From: Nemertoderma westbladi
Lineage: Eukaryota > Animalia > Xenacoelomorpha
Length of the DNA: 64,000 nt
NCBI GenBank assembly: GCA_032718475.1
Contig: JAUCBJ010002115.1
Coordinates: 39,891-103,890 of the forward strand
Reading direction: 5' to 3'
In this document: piece after piece, positions 63,454-64,000 of the stretch
Numbering within the stretch: the first letter of the stretch is position 1
Layout of the letters: each line of letters opens with the position of its first letter
The notes under the pieces: model-generated
The model's input: the letters and a program-made list of their open reading frames with translations, nothing else
Databases searched by the model: none
Told to the model about the DNA's origin: nothing
Made by a program: the position numbers and the translations under genes

Positions 63454-64000
63454 TCATTTAATATCTAATTTTGGTTTCTTCAGAGCCCCTACTGCCGGTA
63501 TTATAGTGGGTTTAGTCAATGCGGGGTGTATTACTGGTATAGAGGGGACAGTTATGGGAGCTTGGGGACTCGCCGTGGACACAATATCCCATTTAGACTT
63601 CCGTTCCTCGCCGATTGGCCGTTTGACGACTCCGGAAACGAACTCCACCTTAGTCGCGGACTTCCTCTCCTTCTCGCGTCGATCCATGTCGAGTTTCTGC
63701 GCCTTGGCGAGGGAATCGTAATAGGATTCCCGTTTCCAGGAGTGCGGGTCGAACAAGGCTGGGGGGTAGTTGGTACCCTTCTCGTCGATACCGAGGAATT
63801 GAACCAGTTTCTCGTAGATACTCGGGTTGCGGAAGTTCTTGTTCTCTTTGATTTTCGCGTTCATGTTGAACCCGGACTCCAGCATCTGTTTGTGCTTCTC
63901 CTCGAAGTAACTCTGTAGATCCTTTGAGCAGCGGCCCGGAGGCGGCGGTGGGAGTTTCACTTCCGAAGGGTCCCGCCCCACCAGTTGTGACGTAAACTCT
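63454..64000 (-). CDS. SAP30BP: SAP30-binding protein (HCNGP); 5' end beyond the window
   Basis: LPPPPPGRCSKDLQ, FRNPSIYEKLVQFLGIDEKGTNYP..FDPH.W..SYYDSLAKAQK, TKVEFVSG, RKSKWD. Frame stays open to the window edge (EFTSQLVGRDP). Confidence 0.93.
   Translation of the reverse strand, partial: EFTSQLVGRDPSEVKLPPPPPGRCSKDLQSYFEEKHKQMLESGFNMNAKIKENKNFRNPSIYEKLVQFLGIDEKGTNYPPALFDPHSWKRESYYDSLAKAQKLDMDRREKERKSATKVEFVSGVVKRPIGEERKSKWDIVSTASPQAPITVPSIPVIHPALTKPTIIPAVGALKKPKLDIK

Overview
AT-rich, repeat-dense window from an invertebrate animal genome with GT-AG introns; the taxon cannot be assigned from sequence alone. Two spliced minus-strand genes, only fragmentarily visible in the ORF track, were reconstructed by hand: the 5' half of ERp44 (4 exons, 31303-26523) and a 7-exon orphan rhodopsin-class GPCR (22161-10590). 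The right third holds six CDSs with no intron in the visible coding region: a divergent SLC6 transporter, UBA5, TBC1D24, a SABATH-like methyltransferase, aprataxin and SAP30BP (cut by the window end). Mobile DNA includes decayed RTE-type and L2/CR1-type LINEs, a Penelope-like GIY-YIG fragment with a minimal hammerhead ribozyme, hAT-like, TTAA-target and foldback MITEs, and several satellites. The most striking observations are: (1) a 6.3-kb 85-bp satellite whose monomer is a piece of the RTE reverse-transcriptase catalytic (ADD) motif; (2) an A-B-A'-B' element whose three junctions share a recombination-site-like sequence; (3) three MITEs with unrelated arms but the same central core; (4) transposon-excision-like footprints visible by comparing repeat copies. 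No searches were run; family names come from motif recognition.
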